Source of the DNA: Thermoplasmata archaeon
Lineage (GTDB): Archaea > Thermoplasmatota > Thermoplasmata > GCA-020350865
Length of the DNA: 64,000 bases
Direction: 5' to 3'
Assembly (NCBI GenBank): GCA_020348445.1
Contig: CP070751.1
Span: forward strand, 3,713,002 to 3,777,001
The notes under the pieces are model-generated. The model did no database searches. It was not told the DNA's origin and saw only the letters and a program-made list of their open reading frames with translations. This document shows, piece by piece, positions 10,682-21,684 of the stretch (position 1 is its first letter; every line of letters begins with the position of its first letter). The translations under genes and the position numbers were made by a program.

Positions 10682-11210
10682 TTACCCCAGCACTTGAATG
10701 TTCTTCTTTTTACAAATATCCTTGAGCTGCTTTGGCCACACTGTGACACTTACCTCCCCAAGATGGGCTCTTTTGAGAAGCAGCATATAGGTTCGTGACT
10801 GTCCAATACCACTACCGATTGACAGTGGGATCGTGTCGTTCAAGATTGCCTGATGGTACTTCTTTTTAAGAAAATCCAACTGGCCTGGCATCTCAAGCTG
10901 TGTTTTAAGGATTTCTTTTGTCAAACGAATTCCCATTGAGGGGAGCTCATGGCGTCTTTGGTCACGGGTTTCCTGAGGGGAATATCACTGTTTAGGACGT
11001 GCATTAGCTTTTTAGCCTTTGATGTTGTCTTCATAATCAAATCATCGTAGTCAGCTACCCTCATCTCGTGGGGATATCAGTCCGAAAAAAGCCAACCGAC
11101 GCCTTTTATGAATATAGCTAAATACTTTTGCTGGCCCTCTGTTTTCCTCTGCTTTCGTGCTACGTCGGAGAAAGTGTCAAGTATATCCTCGGCATGGTGG
11201 AATTTAAACT
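10682..11210 (-). pseudogene. asnA: Aspartate-ammonia ligase AsnA remnant
   Basis: C-terminus SIGSGIGQSRTYMLLLKRAHLGEV; upstream PHEMRVADYDD preceded by in-frame TGA and separated from HELPSMGIR by a frameshift. Confidence 0.85.
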
Positions 11211-11310
11211 CTTTTTATTATCTTGATAATTATGAAATGCCAAGATTCTTACAAAATTTTTACTAATATATTTTATTCCTCAGTGGGCCCTTACTTTAAA
11301 AAAGAAATAT

Positions 11311-12702
11311 CTATCTCAAATATCTATTCACAAAATTGTCAACTTCAGGTATTCCTCCTTGCAATATGATATAACCGTTATGTGGTTCCCTTTCTGTAAT
11401 CTCGCCTGCAATAGGTGTAAGCATGATCTTTTTTACTTCATCTAAGTTGCTTGTATGGCCCAACGCCCAGGCAAGTTTCATATATGCGACCTCAGGCAAC
11501 ATATTCTCTGTTGGTACCACACCGATCTTCATCAGGTCACGTCCAGTGTCATATACATACATTTGCACATATCCCCATAAGGTCTGTACCGTCATATATA
11601 CCGCTATTTCATCTTCTATAGCACGCTTTAAGGGTTCATACAGTGGTTTATTGACATGACCAAGTCCAGTACCCGCTATGACTATGCCTTTGTATTTATG
11701 GTCTATCAGTGACTCTATAATATCAGGCATCATGTTAGGGTAATAGTATACTATAGCCACCTTCTCTTCAAATGCTGTATCTATCTTCACGTCTTGATCC
11801 CTTCTTCTTTTATTATAGTCTTTTCTCATATACTTGAAATCCCCTGGGGTAACAATTGCAAGTGGTATGTCACCTATTGTTCTAAATGTACTTCTGTAAC
11901 TGCTGTGCATTTTCCGAACACGCGTGCCCCTATGCAGTAAATTGTATTGATCGCTTGTAGGCCCGAACATACAAACCATTACCTCAGCAATATCGCAAAA
12001 AGCAGCGGTTCTTGTTCCGCATATTAAATTCAATGCCGCATCACTTGAGGGTCTGTCTGATGATCTCTGCGAACCTACAATGACTATTGGGACAGGCGGA
12101 TTCTGAACCATAAACGATAATATTGCCCCAGTGTGATGCATTGTGTCCGTACCATGGCCAATGATGATACCGTCAACACCATTCTCAATCTCTTTGCCGA
12201 TTGCCTTTGCAGTTGTTATATACTGCCTTGGTCCCATGTTCTCACTGAATATGCCATACAATTTCTCGGTCTTTAAATTGCAAATGCCCGCAAGTTCTGG
12301 CACAGCACCATATAACTCACCTGGGGTAAATGCTGGGATTACTGCACCTGTACGGTAATCCAATCTCGATGCAATGGTGCCTCCAGTCCCAAAAAGTGTA
12401 ACATTGGGTTTTTTAGGGTCCTTTGGGAACTCAGATTCCGGGATTTTATAATGCCCTTCTTTATAACCTATTTCTTTAATTGAATTTATTGAGCTCACTT
12501 TTAAACCTACATTGTAACCGTTATGAAGTTTTAGTACAATGTGTTGATCGTCCTCAGTTTCCGCCCTGGGGAGTATAATACCCTCAAATTTTCCTCTAGC
12601 TGATTTGATGATTACATCGCTCCAAACTTTTACACCTGATTCTTTAAGTTTCTTTTTTGCCGAGCCTCGGTACCCTTTATATATGTCCTCTTCATTCGCT
12701 AT
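11311..12702 (-). CDS. gatD: Glu-tRNA(Gln) amidotransferase subunit D; homology extends 68 codons upstream of the track start to an ATA codon
   Basis: GTGGTIASR, HGTDT asparaginase motifs; N-terminal EGIILPR...IVLKLHNGYNVG. Confidence 0.92.
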   Translation of the reverse strand: MANEEDIYKGYRGSAKKKLKESGVKVWSDVIIKSARGKFEGIILPRAETEDDQHIVLKLHNGYNVGLKVSSINSIKEIGYKEGHYKIPESEFPKDPKKPNVTLFGTGGTIASRLDYRTGAVIPAFTPGELYGAVPELAGICNLKTEKLYGIFSENMGPRQYITTAKAIGKEIENGVDGIIIGHGTDTMHHTGAILSFMVQNPPVPIVIVGSQRSSDRPSSDAALNLICGTRTAAFCDIAEVMVCMFGPTSDQYNLLHRGTRVRKMHSSYRSTFRTIGDIPLAIVTPGDFKYMRKDYNKRRRDQDVKIDTAFEEKVAIVYYYPNMMPDIIESLIDHKYKGIVIAGTGLGHVNKPLYEPLKRAIEDEIAVYMTVQTLWGYVQMYVYDTGRDLMKIGVVPTENMLPEVAYMKLAWALGHTSNLDEVKKIMLTPIAGEITEREPHNGYIILQGGIPEVDNFVNRYLR

Positions 12703-12817
12703 TTATATCACCCTAATTGTTTATCTAATTAATTATTATTTATTCATTTTTTTTTATACGTATATTATTATCATAAATATCTAACTTAGGTGAGGTTTTC
12801 CTAGTAAATTGATGCAA

Positions 12818-14344
12818 TTATCCCCAATGAATAAAGTTTTTTATATATTTTTCCGCTATTTGTCTATCCTTTTTCAATTTTTTATTTAGATCTTTGTCTT
12901 TAAATAATTCAAGCTGCTTTACTAGACCATCGATGATCCTTTTGTTGAAAACATCATCTTCATTATAAAAATAAGCCTGTTCTTTTAATTTTTCTGCTGA
13001 TTGAAAGCAGGATGTCGGAAGGTGATTAAACTTTTCTTCCTTCTTTTTATATCCCTCTTTGGATATATTTAAATCAACATAACATTCTTTGGCCAACCTT
13101 ATTGATTCGTCATTTGTCAAACCAAATTTTGCTGCTACCGCAATACCTGCTAACAACAAATGAATATTCGCAGATCCATCTGGAGATCTTAACTCAATAG
13201 TTTGTCTTTCTTTGCAAGAACTTCGGTTGGTAATGCCCTTATTTATTTTAAAACTAAGATCAGGTATTTTTCTCCATCCGAGTGGCACTCTTATGAGTAA
13301 AGATCTGTTTTTATCCCCCCAGCATATGTAAGTTGGCGCTTCTTGATTGGGAACGAATCTTAAATAGGAAGTTGGGTTTGTATTCCCAAATGCCGTAATG
13401 CTTGGTGCTAACTTGAGCAATCCGCCGATAATTCTTCTGGCGGTTTCACTTAGATTCTCATTATCATCTAATAAAACGTTTTTATTTTTCTTAAATGCAG
13501 CGACATGTATATGTAACCCAGTTCCTGCATGACCTACTGCGATTTTAGGGGCAAATGTTATCTCGACACCATATTTTACTGCAATATTTCTTATTATCCA
13601 CCTTGCAATGACAACATGATCCGCCATATCTTCTAATGATTCTAAATCAAGTTCTATCTCGTACTGTTCAAATCGTGTGCCGTCTTCTTGCACAATATTG
13701 CCAACTTCCGAATGCCCATATTTTGCCTTTATACCCAATGAAGCAAGTGTATATAGGATTTCATTATTCATGTCCTCATATTTTATAAATGGTTTGCTTT
13801 CTTGATAACTTCTTTGAGACACTCCAGGGAAGAGTTCGCTTTCTTGGGTAATATATTTCACATAATATTCTAGTTCACCATATGCTTCAAGGTTTATACC
13901 CGTTTTTTTCTTTAATTGCAGGTGCGCCTTTTTTATAATATACTCCGGAGCTATATCGAGTTCATCACCATTGGCATCAAAATATGAACAGAGCATGTTA
14001 AGGGTAGGAATTGCAGAGAACGGGTTTAAAAAGGCTGTTTTAAACCGAGGTATAACATATAAATCACTATTTCTTGGATCAATATATGAAAATAAACTTG
14101 ACCCGTCAACACGTTCACCGCAGTCTAATAGCATTTTTAGTTGTTTTTCACTTCTAATCGGGAAACTTAATGTCTTTAATCTACCATCCCCTCCTACAAA
14201 ATTAAAATTAAGCATTTTTATATTGTTTTCCTTGATAAAGTTAATAATGTCTTTCCGGGTAAACTCCATCGGTTCTTTCTTTAAGAATTGAGTTAGTATA
14301 TTTGTATTTTGATAAGATTTTTCATCTTCCATTTTATCACTCAT
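12818..14344 (-). CDS. glnA: Glutamine synthetase type I
   Basis: DGSS, ELEYY, HSEVG, GTGLHIH, IELRSPDGSAN motifs. Confidence 0.9.
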   Translation of the reverse strand: MSDKMEDEKSYQNTNILTQFLKKEPMEFTRKDIINFIKENNIKMLNFNFVGGDGRLKTLSFPIRSEKQLKMLLDCGERVDGSSLFSYIDPRNSDLYVIPRFKTAFLNPFSAIPTLNMLCSYFDANGDELDIAPEYIIKKAHLQLKKKTGINLEAYGELEYYVKYITQESELFPGVSQRSYQESKPFIKYEDMNNEILYTLASLGIKAKYGHSEVGNIVQEDGTRFEQYEIELDLESLEDMADHVVIARWIIRNIAVKYGVEITFAPKIAVGHAGTGLHIHVAAFKKNKNVLLDDNENLSETARRIIGGLLKLAPSITAFGNTNPTSYLRFVPNQEAPTYICWGDKNRSLLIRVPLGWRKIPDLSFKINKGITNRSSCKERQTIELRSPDGSANIHLLLAGIAVAAKFGLTNDESIRLAKECYVDLNISKEGYKKKEEKFNHLPTSCFQSAEKLKEQAYFYNEDDVFNKRIIDGLVKQLELFKDKDLNKKLKKDRQIAEKYIKNFIHWG

Positions 14345-14570
14345 ATTATTTTAACTTTCAACTGTAAATCATTTCTATTTAAAAACCTTTCTTCACCGCT
14401 GTTCAAGCAAGAATAAAGAATTTTATGGCCTAATGGGCATCATATGGCTCCCTATAATACATGACACGAACTTTATTTTTTTAATTTCTCAGTAATAGAA
14501 CCATAATAAGTATTATATTTATTTATTAATATCACTCTGGGCATATTATGGTTTAATATTTAGATGATAG

Positions 14571-16517
14571 GTGAAATCTTTGAAAATCAATATGGCAGAA
14601 AAGCACAAAGATAACGAAGATTACTACCGTAAGTTAGGTTTAAAATGTGGGTTGGAAATCCATCAACAATTGGATACTGAAAAAAAATTATTCTGCCGAT
14701 GCAGAGCCGCAATGCATAAAGATGAGCCCAGCGCTGAGATCTTAAGGCATATGAGGCCCACCCTTTCCGAACTTGGCGAATATGATGGTACCGCGTTAAT
14801 GGAATTCAAAACCAAAAAGAACGTGATTTATCAGCTCTATGATGATACAGTGTGCACTTACGAAATGGATGACACACCTCCCTTTCCATTAAACCAACAA
14901 GCATTGGATATAGCCTTAGAGATCGCGCTTTTGCTAAATTGCAGCATTGTGGATGAGATCCATATCAGTAGGAAACAATATCTGGATGGCAGCATACCTA
15001 CAGGTTTTCAAAGAACTGGGATCATTGGCATCGAGGGATGGGTTCCTTATCATAATAGAAAGATAAGAATTATTCAGCTGGGATTAGAAGAAGATGCTTG
15101 CAGAGAAGTTAGCGATGTGGGCCATACAATTGTTTTTAAAACCGACCGTTTGAGTATTCCCCTGGTTGAGGTGGTAACATACCCAGATATTAGAACCCCT
15201 AACGAGTCTGGTGAGGTTGCAAAGGCCATTGGTAGGTTGCTTAGATCGACGGGTAAGGTGCGTAGGGGATTGGGCAGTGTCCGCCAGGATGTAAACGTGA
15301 GCATCGAGGGAGGAACAAGGGTGGAACTCAAAGGGATACCTAAACTTCAATATATACCAAAAGCCGTGGCTAATGAGGCCAGAAGACAAAAGGCTCTGCT
15401 CGATATCCGCGACGACCTGCGATTGCGAGGCATCACGGAAGCAACTTTTCGTAGCGATTTTAAAGACATTACATCGATGTTTAAGATTTCGAAGTGCAAA
15501 CGGTTTAGGGAGGTTATTGAAAACAATGGGAAAATCTACGGGATGGTACTCCGGGTTATTGCAGGTATATTGGATAAAACAACACAGCCTGGCAATACCT
15601 TCGGTGATGAGATTGCTGGGCGGGTGAGGGTAATCGCATGTCTTGATGTCATGCCAAATATAGTATATTCCAATCATTTTGAAGATTTTGGCCTGACTCT
15701 GGATGAGATTGAGAAGTTAGAGGAATCATTCGATGCCAAATCCACAGATACCATCATTTTGGTTTGGGGCGATGAAGCCGATGTTAAGACCGCTGTGGAG
15801 GAGATCAAGATACGGGTAATAGAAGCAACAAAGGGCGTGCCTTCAGAAACCAGACAGGTCTTTGCTAATGGTACAAATGATTTCGAAAGGATCCTACCCG
15901 GACCTAATAGGATGTATCCAGATACAGATTCACCGCCCACACCAATTTCGGAAGAACGTCTGGAACATTTGAGAAAGGCTTTACCAGAACCAGTATGGGA
16001 TCGTGAAAAAAGGATGAAGAAACTTGGTCTTCCCAGCGATTTGGTTAAATCCCTGGCTGTATCCCGTTATTTCGACGTATTTGATAAAATCGTAAAGGAT
16101 TTAAATGTTAATCCTACTCTTGTTGCCGTGACCTTAGAGGAAAGGCTGAGGTTTTTGCGAAGAAAAGGAAAAAAAGTGGATTCAATTTCAGACGAGGACA
16201 TATACCAGTTGTTCCAGGAGTTGGATGAAAATAGACTTAGTAAGGGAGCAATCCCAGTTATTCTTGAATTATTGGCAAATAACCCGGATAAAACAGTAAA
16301 AGAGGCAATCACAGAATCGAACCTAAAACCCCTGTCAATAGAAGAAATACAAGATTTAGTCGATGAAAAAATTGGTCATTATTCGAACCCTAAAAGTATC
16401 AACAGCTCAATTAAAGTAATAATGGGTGAAGTTATGAAGGTTGCCCGAAATAGAATCGATGGTAAATTATTAAAAGAGGTCGTAACAGCTAAATTAGAAA
16501 AATCCATGAAGGAGTAA
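14571..16517 (+). CDS. gatE: Glu-tRNA(Gln) amidotransferase subunit E
   Basis: GLKCGLEIHQQLDT, DGSIPTGFQRT, LPGPNRMYPDTD. Confidence 0.95.
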   Translation: MKSLKINMAEKHKDNEDYYRKLGLKCGLEIHQQLDTEKKLFCRCRAAMHKDEPSAEILRHMRPTLSELGEYDGTALMEFKTKKNVIYQLYDDTVCTYEMDDTPPFPLNQQALDIALEIALLLNCSIVDEIHISRKQYLDGSIPTGFQRTGIIGIEGWVPYHNRKIRIIQLGLEEDACREVSDVGHTIVFKTDRLSIPLVEVVTYPDIRTPNESGEVAKAIGRLLRSTGKVRRGLGSVRQDVNVSIEGGTRVELKGIPKLQYIPKAVANEARRQKALLDIRDDLRLRGITEATFRSDFKDITSMFKISKCKRFREVIENNGKIYGMVLRVIAGILDKTTQPGNTFGDEIAGRVRVIACLDVMPNIVYSNHFEDFGLTLDEIEKLEESFDAKSTDTIILVWGDEADVKTAVEEIKIRVIEATKGVPSETRQVFANGTNDFERILPGPNRMYPDTDSPPTPISEERLEHLRKALPEPVWDREKRMKKLGLPSDLVKSLAVSRYFDVFDKIVKDLNVNPTLVAVTLEERLRFLRRKGKKVDSISDEDIYQLFQELDENRLSKGAIPVILELLANNPDKTVKEAITESNLKPLSIEEIQDLVDEKIGHYSNPKSINSSIKVIMGEVMKVARNRIDGKLLKEVVTAKLEKSMKE

Positions 16518-16602
16518 ATATCTGCTATTCGATAGTTTATGCCATTTAACCCCGAAACTCGATTACAAAATTGGATTCTCATAAGGTGGTCTTTTATTTT
16601 AC

Positions 16603-17709
16603 TCATTTTCTGAGTTCCTCAATCACCTTGGGGAAGGCCCCGCAGAATCTTGCGCACTGTTCTTCTGGTATTGAAAACGATGTTCTAACAAACCTGCTTC
16701 CGAACCTTTTGGAGAGATAGTTTCCGCCCCTTACAAAGACATGATGGTCGAACAAAAGTTTCCTCTCAACCTCGTCTGGGTCTATTTTCGTTTCCGAGAT
16801 GTCTATAACGAACATGTTTGTGTGTGAGGGGTATACTGGAAGAAAGGCCCCCTCTATTCCTTCCACGCATTTTTTGATAGCTTTTTGGTTCTTCCTTGAA
16901 ATCCCCACGACCCTGTCGATCCATTGTTCCTTTGTCTGAAGTGCGGCCAGTGCGGCCCTCTGGGCAATTATGTTCACTGAAAGAACATTTGTGTTGAAAG
17001 GTTTGAGCTCCTTCATAATATCTTTTGGAGCCAAAAGGGCTCCTATTCTCATTCCCGCAAATCCGCAGTTCTTTGAGAAGGAGTATGCTATCAGGGTCTT
17101 CTCGGGGTAAAATTCGGTTGTCAAAGTGTGGCTGTCTGCAAAATCCCTGTAGGTGATATCGTCTATCATATAGAGGTCGTGATCCTTACAAATCTCGCAG
17201 AAGGCCTTAACCTCATCTTTTGTATAAGGTGTGCCTAAGGGATTCAAGGGGTCAATCAATAGAAACATCCTGGTTTTGTCATCCACTGCTTCTTTTACCT
17301 GCTCTTCTGTAAGCCTCCATGGCTCTTGGTAGACAGGCAGTTCTTTTACCTTAGCATTTGAAAGTCTCACCTGATGATGAATCGGCATGAAACTCGGGTC
17401 CGAAGCGATTACGTTATCCCCCTCCTTGAGTAGAGCTCTGTTGAGGATGTACAGGCCCTCGATTCCTCCTGGGGTGATCAGGCAGTCGAATTCATCCTGG
17501 GAGATTCCCAGGTCCTTGAATATTGCCTCCTGAAGTCCGAAGATCCCGGGGGCATAGGGATAGAGGTTGTACTCCTTGCTTTTCACGCTCTCCAAAATTG
17601 CTTTTTCTATCTCGGGGGATGTGGGAATCGTATTCGTATTCTGGCTCATCCAGACGATCTCGTTCCTGTGTTCGTGTGCGTACTCGAAGTTTGAGGGCAT
17701 GGGGGTCAC
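16603..17709 (-). CDS. PLP-dependent aminotransferase class I/II
   Basis: DPLNPLG, DDITY, SFSKNCGFAGMRIG (PLP lysine). Confidence 0.9.
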   Translation of the reverse strand: MTPMPSNFEYAHEHRNEIVWMSQNTNTIPTSPEIEKAILESVKSKEYNLYPYAPGIFGLQEAIFKDLGISQDEFDCLITPGGIEGLYILNRALLKEGDNVIASDPSFMPIHHQVRLSNAKVKELPVYQEPWRLTEEQVKEAVDDKTRMFLLIDPLNPLGTPYTKDEVKAFCEICKDHDLYMIDDITYRDFADSHTLTTEFYPEKTLIAYSFSKNCGFAGMRIGALLAPKDIMKELKPFNTNVLSVNIIAQRAALAALQTKEQWIDRVVGISRKNQKAIKKCVEGIEGAFLPVYPSHTNMFVIDISETKIDPDEVERKLLFDHHVFVRGGNYLSKRFGSRFVRTSFSIPEEQCARFCGAFPKVIEELRK

Positions 17710-17842
17710 CGGCAGGGTATCTTCTCGGGTGGTAAAAAGGATTTTGGGAGGGCGATAATAATATAAGTGGATAGAGCAATTGTCAGATGAACCAAGACCA
17801 AAGGTTATAATCTGAAATATACAAAATCGGGAGAATCATTAT

Positions 17843-18355
17843 ATGGATGAGGAAAGGAAGTTAGGTTTAATTCCCCAGGTAAGAATACCAGGAGCGTTGG
17901 GAGTTAATATTTATGCAATCCTTATAACGACGAGAAGACTTCTTTTTATTCGAACCTCTAAAGGATACGGATTTATTTTAGGCGGTGCAGTTGGAGCTGC
18001 TATCGGTTCATATTATGGTGATAAAGGGACAAGGCCATTCACTGATCCGGCAATTCTTCGGGATATCGACATAAACACTCTAAAGGAAGAAAAAGGCAAC
18101 AAGGACATATTGATAGATAATATTACAAAGGTAAAGTTAAAAAAAGGACTGGCAGCAAATAAGCTCTCTATTTATGGCCTGAAGAAGAACAAGAAGAAGT
18201 TATTGTTGGAAGGGTATTTGGTACCCCCCTCAGGTTACACCAAAGGTTATAAGGAAGAGGGTCTTGATTCAAAAGAAATAAGTCTCAGATATATCCAGGA
18301 AACTGAAAGTATTTTTCAAACGGTATTATTGGATCGAATTGAAAGGAATTATTAA
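17843..18355 (+). CDS. Hypothetical protein, possibly PH-like
   Basis: Clean ORF; ILITTRRLLF...GAVGAAIG pattern. Confidence 0.6.
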   Translation: MDEERKLGLIPQVRIPGALGVNIYAILITTRRLLFIRTSKGYGFILGGAVGAAIGSYYGDKGTRPFTDPAILRDIDINTLKEEKGNKDILIDNITKVKLKKGLAANKLSIYGLKKNKKKLLLEGYLVPPSGYTKGYKEEGLDSKEISLRYIQETESIFQTVLLDRIERNY

Positions 18356-18374
18356 TTCATACATTGGGAGTATG

Positions 18375-18583
18375 CTCAAAAGCGTGAAGTATAAGGGATA
18401 CAAATGGAGGAATATTCTCTGGGAATAAAAAGTGCTTTGGAGGGAACCTAAGCGATAATATTATATTTGACGATAAAGTTAATCATTCAAGTGAAGGGTG
18501 CTACTTAGAAAATGCATATCGCTGGTTTGCCATCGCCATTTCCGAGGCCTGCGTCCGTTTAACAGTAAAAGGAGGAGATTGTC
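18375..18583 (+). repeat. Repeat copy A (degenerate left part, A-type right end)
   Basis: AAAGCGTG..TATAAGGG; TTAGAAAATGC...GCCATTTCCGAGGCCTGCGTCCG...AGGAGGAGATTGTC. Confidence 0.85.
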
Positions 18584-18591
18584 GATTTTTT

Positions 18592-20130
18592 TTATTTTAC
18601 AGGGTCAATCGCCCTTATCCCATCGCTGTATCCCTCGAACTTTGTTCCATCTGTTAATTCTCCTGTAACCTTTAAATTGTAAGTTCCAGGTGACAGCATA
18701 TCCTCCACTTCGCTTCTATCGAATTTGACCATGAGTGTATCGCCTTGGATGTCACCCCATTCAGCTGGGATTGTATCTTCTAGTATCACAGTGCTGATAT
18801 CTATATCGTTGACATCATATGAGCTGTTCATTGTAATATAGCATGCAATCCATCTACCTTTGCTTTTTAAATTAAAGGTATTGGGATTTATATCCACTCC
18901 AGCAGAGATTGATGGAAAGGGGAGTAATATCTGTTTAAAGTAAATCTCATGATTACCATCTCTATAATCCGCCCAGACAACATGAACCATGTTTTCATTA
19001 ACTACGATATCCGGCGAAACGGAAGTCTCAGGGGCAACCGTAAGTCTTGTGTCAACACTCCATGTATTGCCTCTATCAAAACTGCTTTTGAAGTAAATTT
19101 CAAGACTCCCTCCCTTATCCCGGTCATCCTCCCATACTATATAGATATTATCGTTCTCTGCAGATATTGCCGGATCAAAAATATTGTGAGTAGAATTCGA
19201 GAGTTTAATATTTTTAACCCATGTATTCCCATTATCTTCACTATAGCTAAAATAAACCTGTCTTTTAGACTCTTTATGACCATAAACAACATAGATGTAA
19301 TCGTTATTATGAGCAATATCAACATAATAATTACTATTCGTTGGTGTACTAGTGATGTTAATATCCTTTTCCCACGTTACACCGTTATCTCTGCTTTTTA
19401 TATAAAAGATATCCGGAATCAAGTGTCCTGCTCTTTCGGTATCTCTCCACACTATATGTACATTATTTTCATTGACGGCTATAGCTGTCTCAATTGATAC
19501 ACTTCTGTTAGGTATTAGTATTTCGGGAACGCTCCAAGTAAAGCCGTTATCATTGCTATGAATGTAAGAAAGTTTATGATTTGAGTCTGAGTAGACAACA
19601 TGCAAGTTGTTCTCATACACGCCGATATCCCAATTAGGAAAATTGTCGTACATTATTGGCGTTATTGCGATCTCAGGGCTCCAGGTATTTCCATTATCTG
19701 TACTGCGAATATAATGTATTCTTTTATCATCGCTTTCACACCATATTACATGAATGTTACTTCCATTGACTGCTATTTTTGGATGTAATGCTTTTGTTGA
19801 AGGACCACTTACCAAGCAGATAGGAGGATTCCATGTATTTCCGCGGTCGCGGCTGTTTATGTACCATAAAAACATTTCGAGATATCCTGCACCTTCATTG
19901 TCGATATACGCCACATGGATGTTGTTGCCTTCTACTGCAATAGCTGGAAATAAGGAGCGTCCATCATTAAATGTCAGTCTAATATCCTCGCTCCAATCAC
20001 CTATATCAGTGGATGCTGTGGTTATTGAGATACTACTTAGCCCAATAGCAAACACAAACATAATGCTTAATAATTTTTTTCTCATATCTACCGCCCTCCC
20101 TCTCCAAAGAATAAATGCATCTGGAAGCAT
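18592..20130 (-). CDS. Secreted BNR/sialidase-like propeller protein with shared C-terminal domain (probable start 20085)
   Basis: Signal peptide; repeated S.D.G.TW; C-terminal NPNTFNLKSKGRW... domain. Confidence 0.8.
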   Translation of the reverse strand: MLPDAFILWRGRAVDMRKKLLSIMFVFAIGLSSISITTASTDIGDWSEDIRLTFNDGRSLFPAIAVEGNNIHVAYIDNEGAGYLEMFLWYINSRDRGNTWNPPICLVSGPSTKALHPKIAVNGSNIHVIWCESDDKRIHYIRSTDNGNTWSPEIAITPIMYDNFPNWDIGVYENNLHVVYSDSNHKLSYIHSNDNGFTWSVPEILIPNRSVSIETAIAVNENNVHIVWRDTERAGHLIPDIFYIKSRDNGVTWEKDINITSTPTNSNYYVDIAHNNDYIYVVYGHKESKRQVYFSYSEDNGNTWVKNIKLSNSTHNIFDPAISAENDNIYIVWEDDRDKGGSLEIYFKSSFDRGNTWSVDTRLTVAPETSVSPDIVVNENMVHVVWADYRDGNHEIYFKQILLPFPSISAGVDINPNTFNLKSKGRWIACYITMNSSYDVNDIDISTVILEDTIPAEWGDIQGDTLMVKFDRSEVEDMLSPGTYNLKVTGELTDGTKFEGYSDGIRAIDPVK

Positions 20131-20148
20131 ATAAAACCTTCTCTAAAA

Positions 20149-20336
20149 GACAATCCCCTCCTTCAAAAAAACGTACCGAGGAAGAAGAAGGCAAGAGCAA
20201 AGGACGCAGGCCTTCATGGAAGTTAGATTTGTGAGCAATCGGTACACTGAGGGAGTGGCAAAATCTTTATCCCCGAAGAGAGATAATGGTTTTAGGGATG
20301 GGGTTTAACGGCGACTCCCGAATATAAGCGAGGCTT
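20149..20336 (+). repeat. Repeat copy B (left TIR, B-type right end)
   Basis: GACAATCCCCTCC, GGACGCAGGCCT, AAAATCTTTATC/GATAATGGTTTT, ends AAGCGAGG. Confidence 0.9.
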
Positions 20337-20411
20337 AAGGTATGATCGTAAGTAAAAAAATACAGACTGCCAATAACAATTAAATCTAAAGAAAATACCC
20401 GGTGAAGAAAA

Positions 20412-21674
20412 ATGAAAGAGAAAGCTATTTCTGTGCTAGTTATTTGGTTGGTTTTGGTTGGGACATTTTTATCTAGCTTTTCTATTTCGTCCATCAGTGG
20501 CCAAGGGGATGAACACGTTGAAACAAGAATCGGAACCGAGATCCAAATATCCAACGCCTCCGGAGATCAAAGTTACCCAGCAATTTATGGCAACCTAATC
20601 GTGTGGGAAGACTATAGAAATTGGAGCTCACGCTATGATATTTATATGTATGATCTTGACACTGGTGAAGAAACTCGGATAACCATCAATGATTATGATC
20701 AAACTGCACCTGCCATCCACGGCAATCGAATTGTCTGGGAAGATAACAGGAATGATAATATGGATATATATATGTATGATTTAAGCACAGGAACAGAAAC
20801 ACCAATATGTCCAAATCCCACAAATCAATATGATCCGGCCATATATGACGACAAAATAGTCTGGAGCTCATTCGGCGGCATTTACTTATACAATCTGACG
20901 AACCAGACCGAGATAAGGATAAATGATGACTATGCACTCTTTGGCAAGAATCCAGATATCCATGGAGATCGAATTGTCTGGCAGGAAAAAAAGAATGAAA
21001 ATTATGATATATATCTCTATGATTTGAGTACAGGTAGCGAAACGCAGATAACAACTGGTCACATAAATTATACTTATCCTGCGATTTATGGCAACTATAT
21101 CATATACACATCTAGTGTAAATAGTGGTGAATTTCTTATATATTTATTTGACCTAACAACCGGATTAGAGAAACAGATAGCCAATGCGATTACGCATGAT
21201 TTACGGCCTGCAATTTATGATAACCTCATCGTTTGGGAAGATGCTGAGAATCATACGGGGGCCTTCATTCGAGATGTTTACCTGTACAACATTATCACGG
21301 ACACTGAGATACGGGTAAGCAACAACACCGCAAACCAGATTAAACCAGATATCTATGGCAATAGAATCGTTTGGATGGATGATAGAAACGGGGGGAGTTG
21401 GGACATATATATATGTGAAATTTCCGTAATGATTAATGGGGAGGAGGATGGTAGAGGAGATGATAAAGACGATATTTTTCCCCTCCTCTACAGCCTGATT
21501 GCCATCATCATAACGATCGTGTTCATTATATTTCTCGTCTTCATAATCAAAGCTAAAAAGAAATCCACTATTCAAAAGGAAGATGAAGAGAAATGGACGA
21601 GATGTCCAAAGTGTAAAGCACGCCTTAAAAAGAAGAATCTTAAAAGCCATATCAAAAAAGTTCATAAAAAATAA
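20412..21674 (+). CDS. Surface protein: TolB-like propeller repeats, TM helix, cytoplasmic C2H2 zinc finger
   Basis: PAIYG..IVW.D.RN repeats; tail CPKCKARLKKKNLKSHIKKVH. Confidence 0.82.
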   Translation: MKEKAISVLVIWLVLVGTFLSSFSISSISGQGDEHVETRIGTEIQISNASGDQSYPAIYGNLIVWEDYRNWSSRYDIYMYDLDTGEETRITINDYDQTAPAIHGNRIVWEDNRNDNMDIYMYDLSTGTETPICPNPTNQYDPAIYDDKIVWSSFGGIYLYNLTNQTEIRINDDYALFGKNPDIHGDRIVWQEKKNENYDIYLYDLSTGSETQITTGHINYTYPAIYGNYIIYTSSVNSGEFLIYLFDLTTGLEKQIANAITHDLRPAIYDNLIVWEDAENHTGAFIRDVYLYNIITDTEIRVSNNTANQIKPDIYGNRIVWMDDRNGGSWDIYICEISVMINGEEDGRGDDKDDIFPLLYSLIAIIITIVFIIFLVFIIKAKKKSTIQKEDEEKWTRCPKCKARLKKKNLKSHIKKVHKK

Positions 21675-21684
21675 AATGATAACA

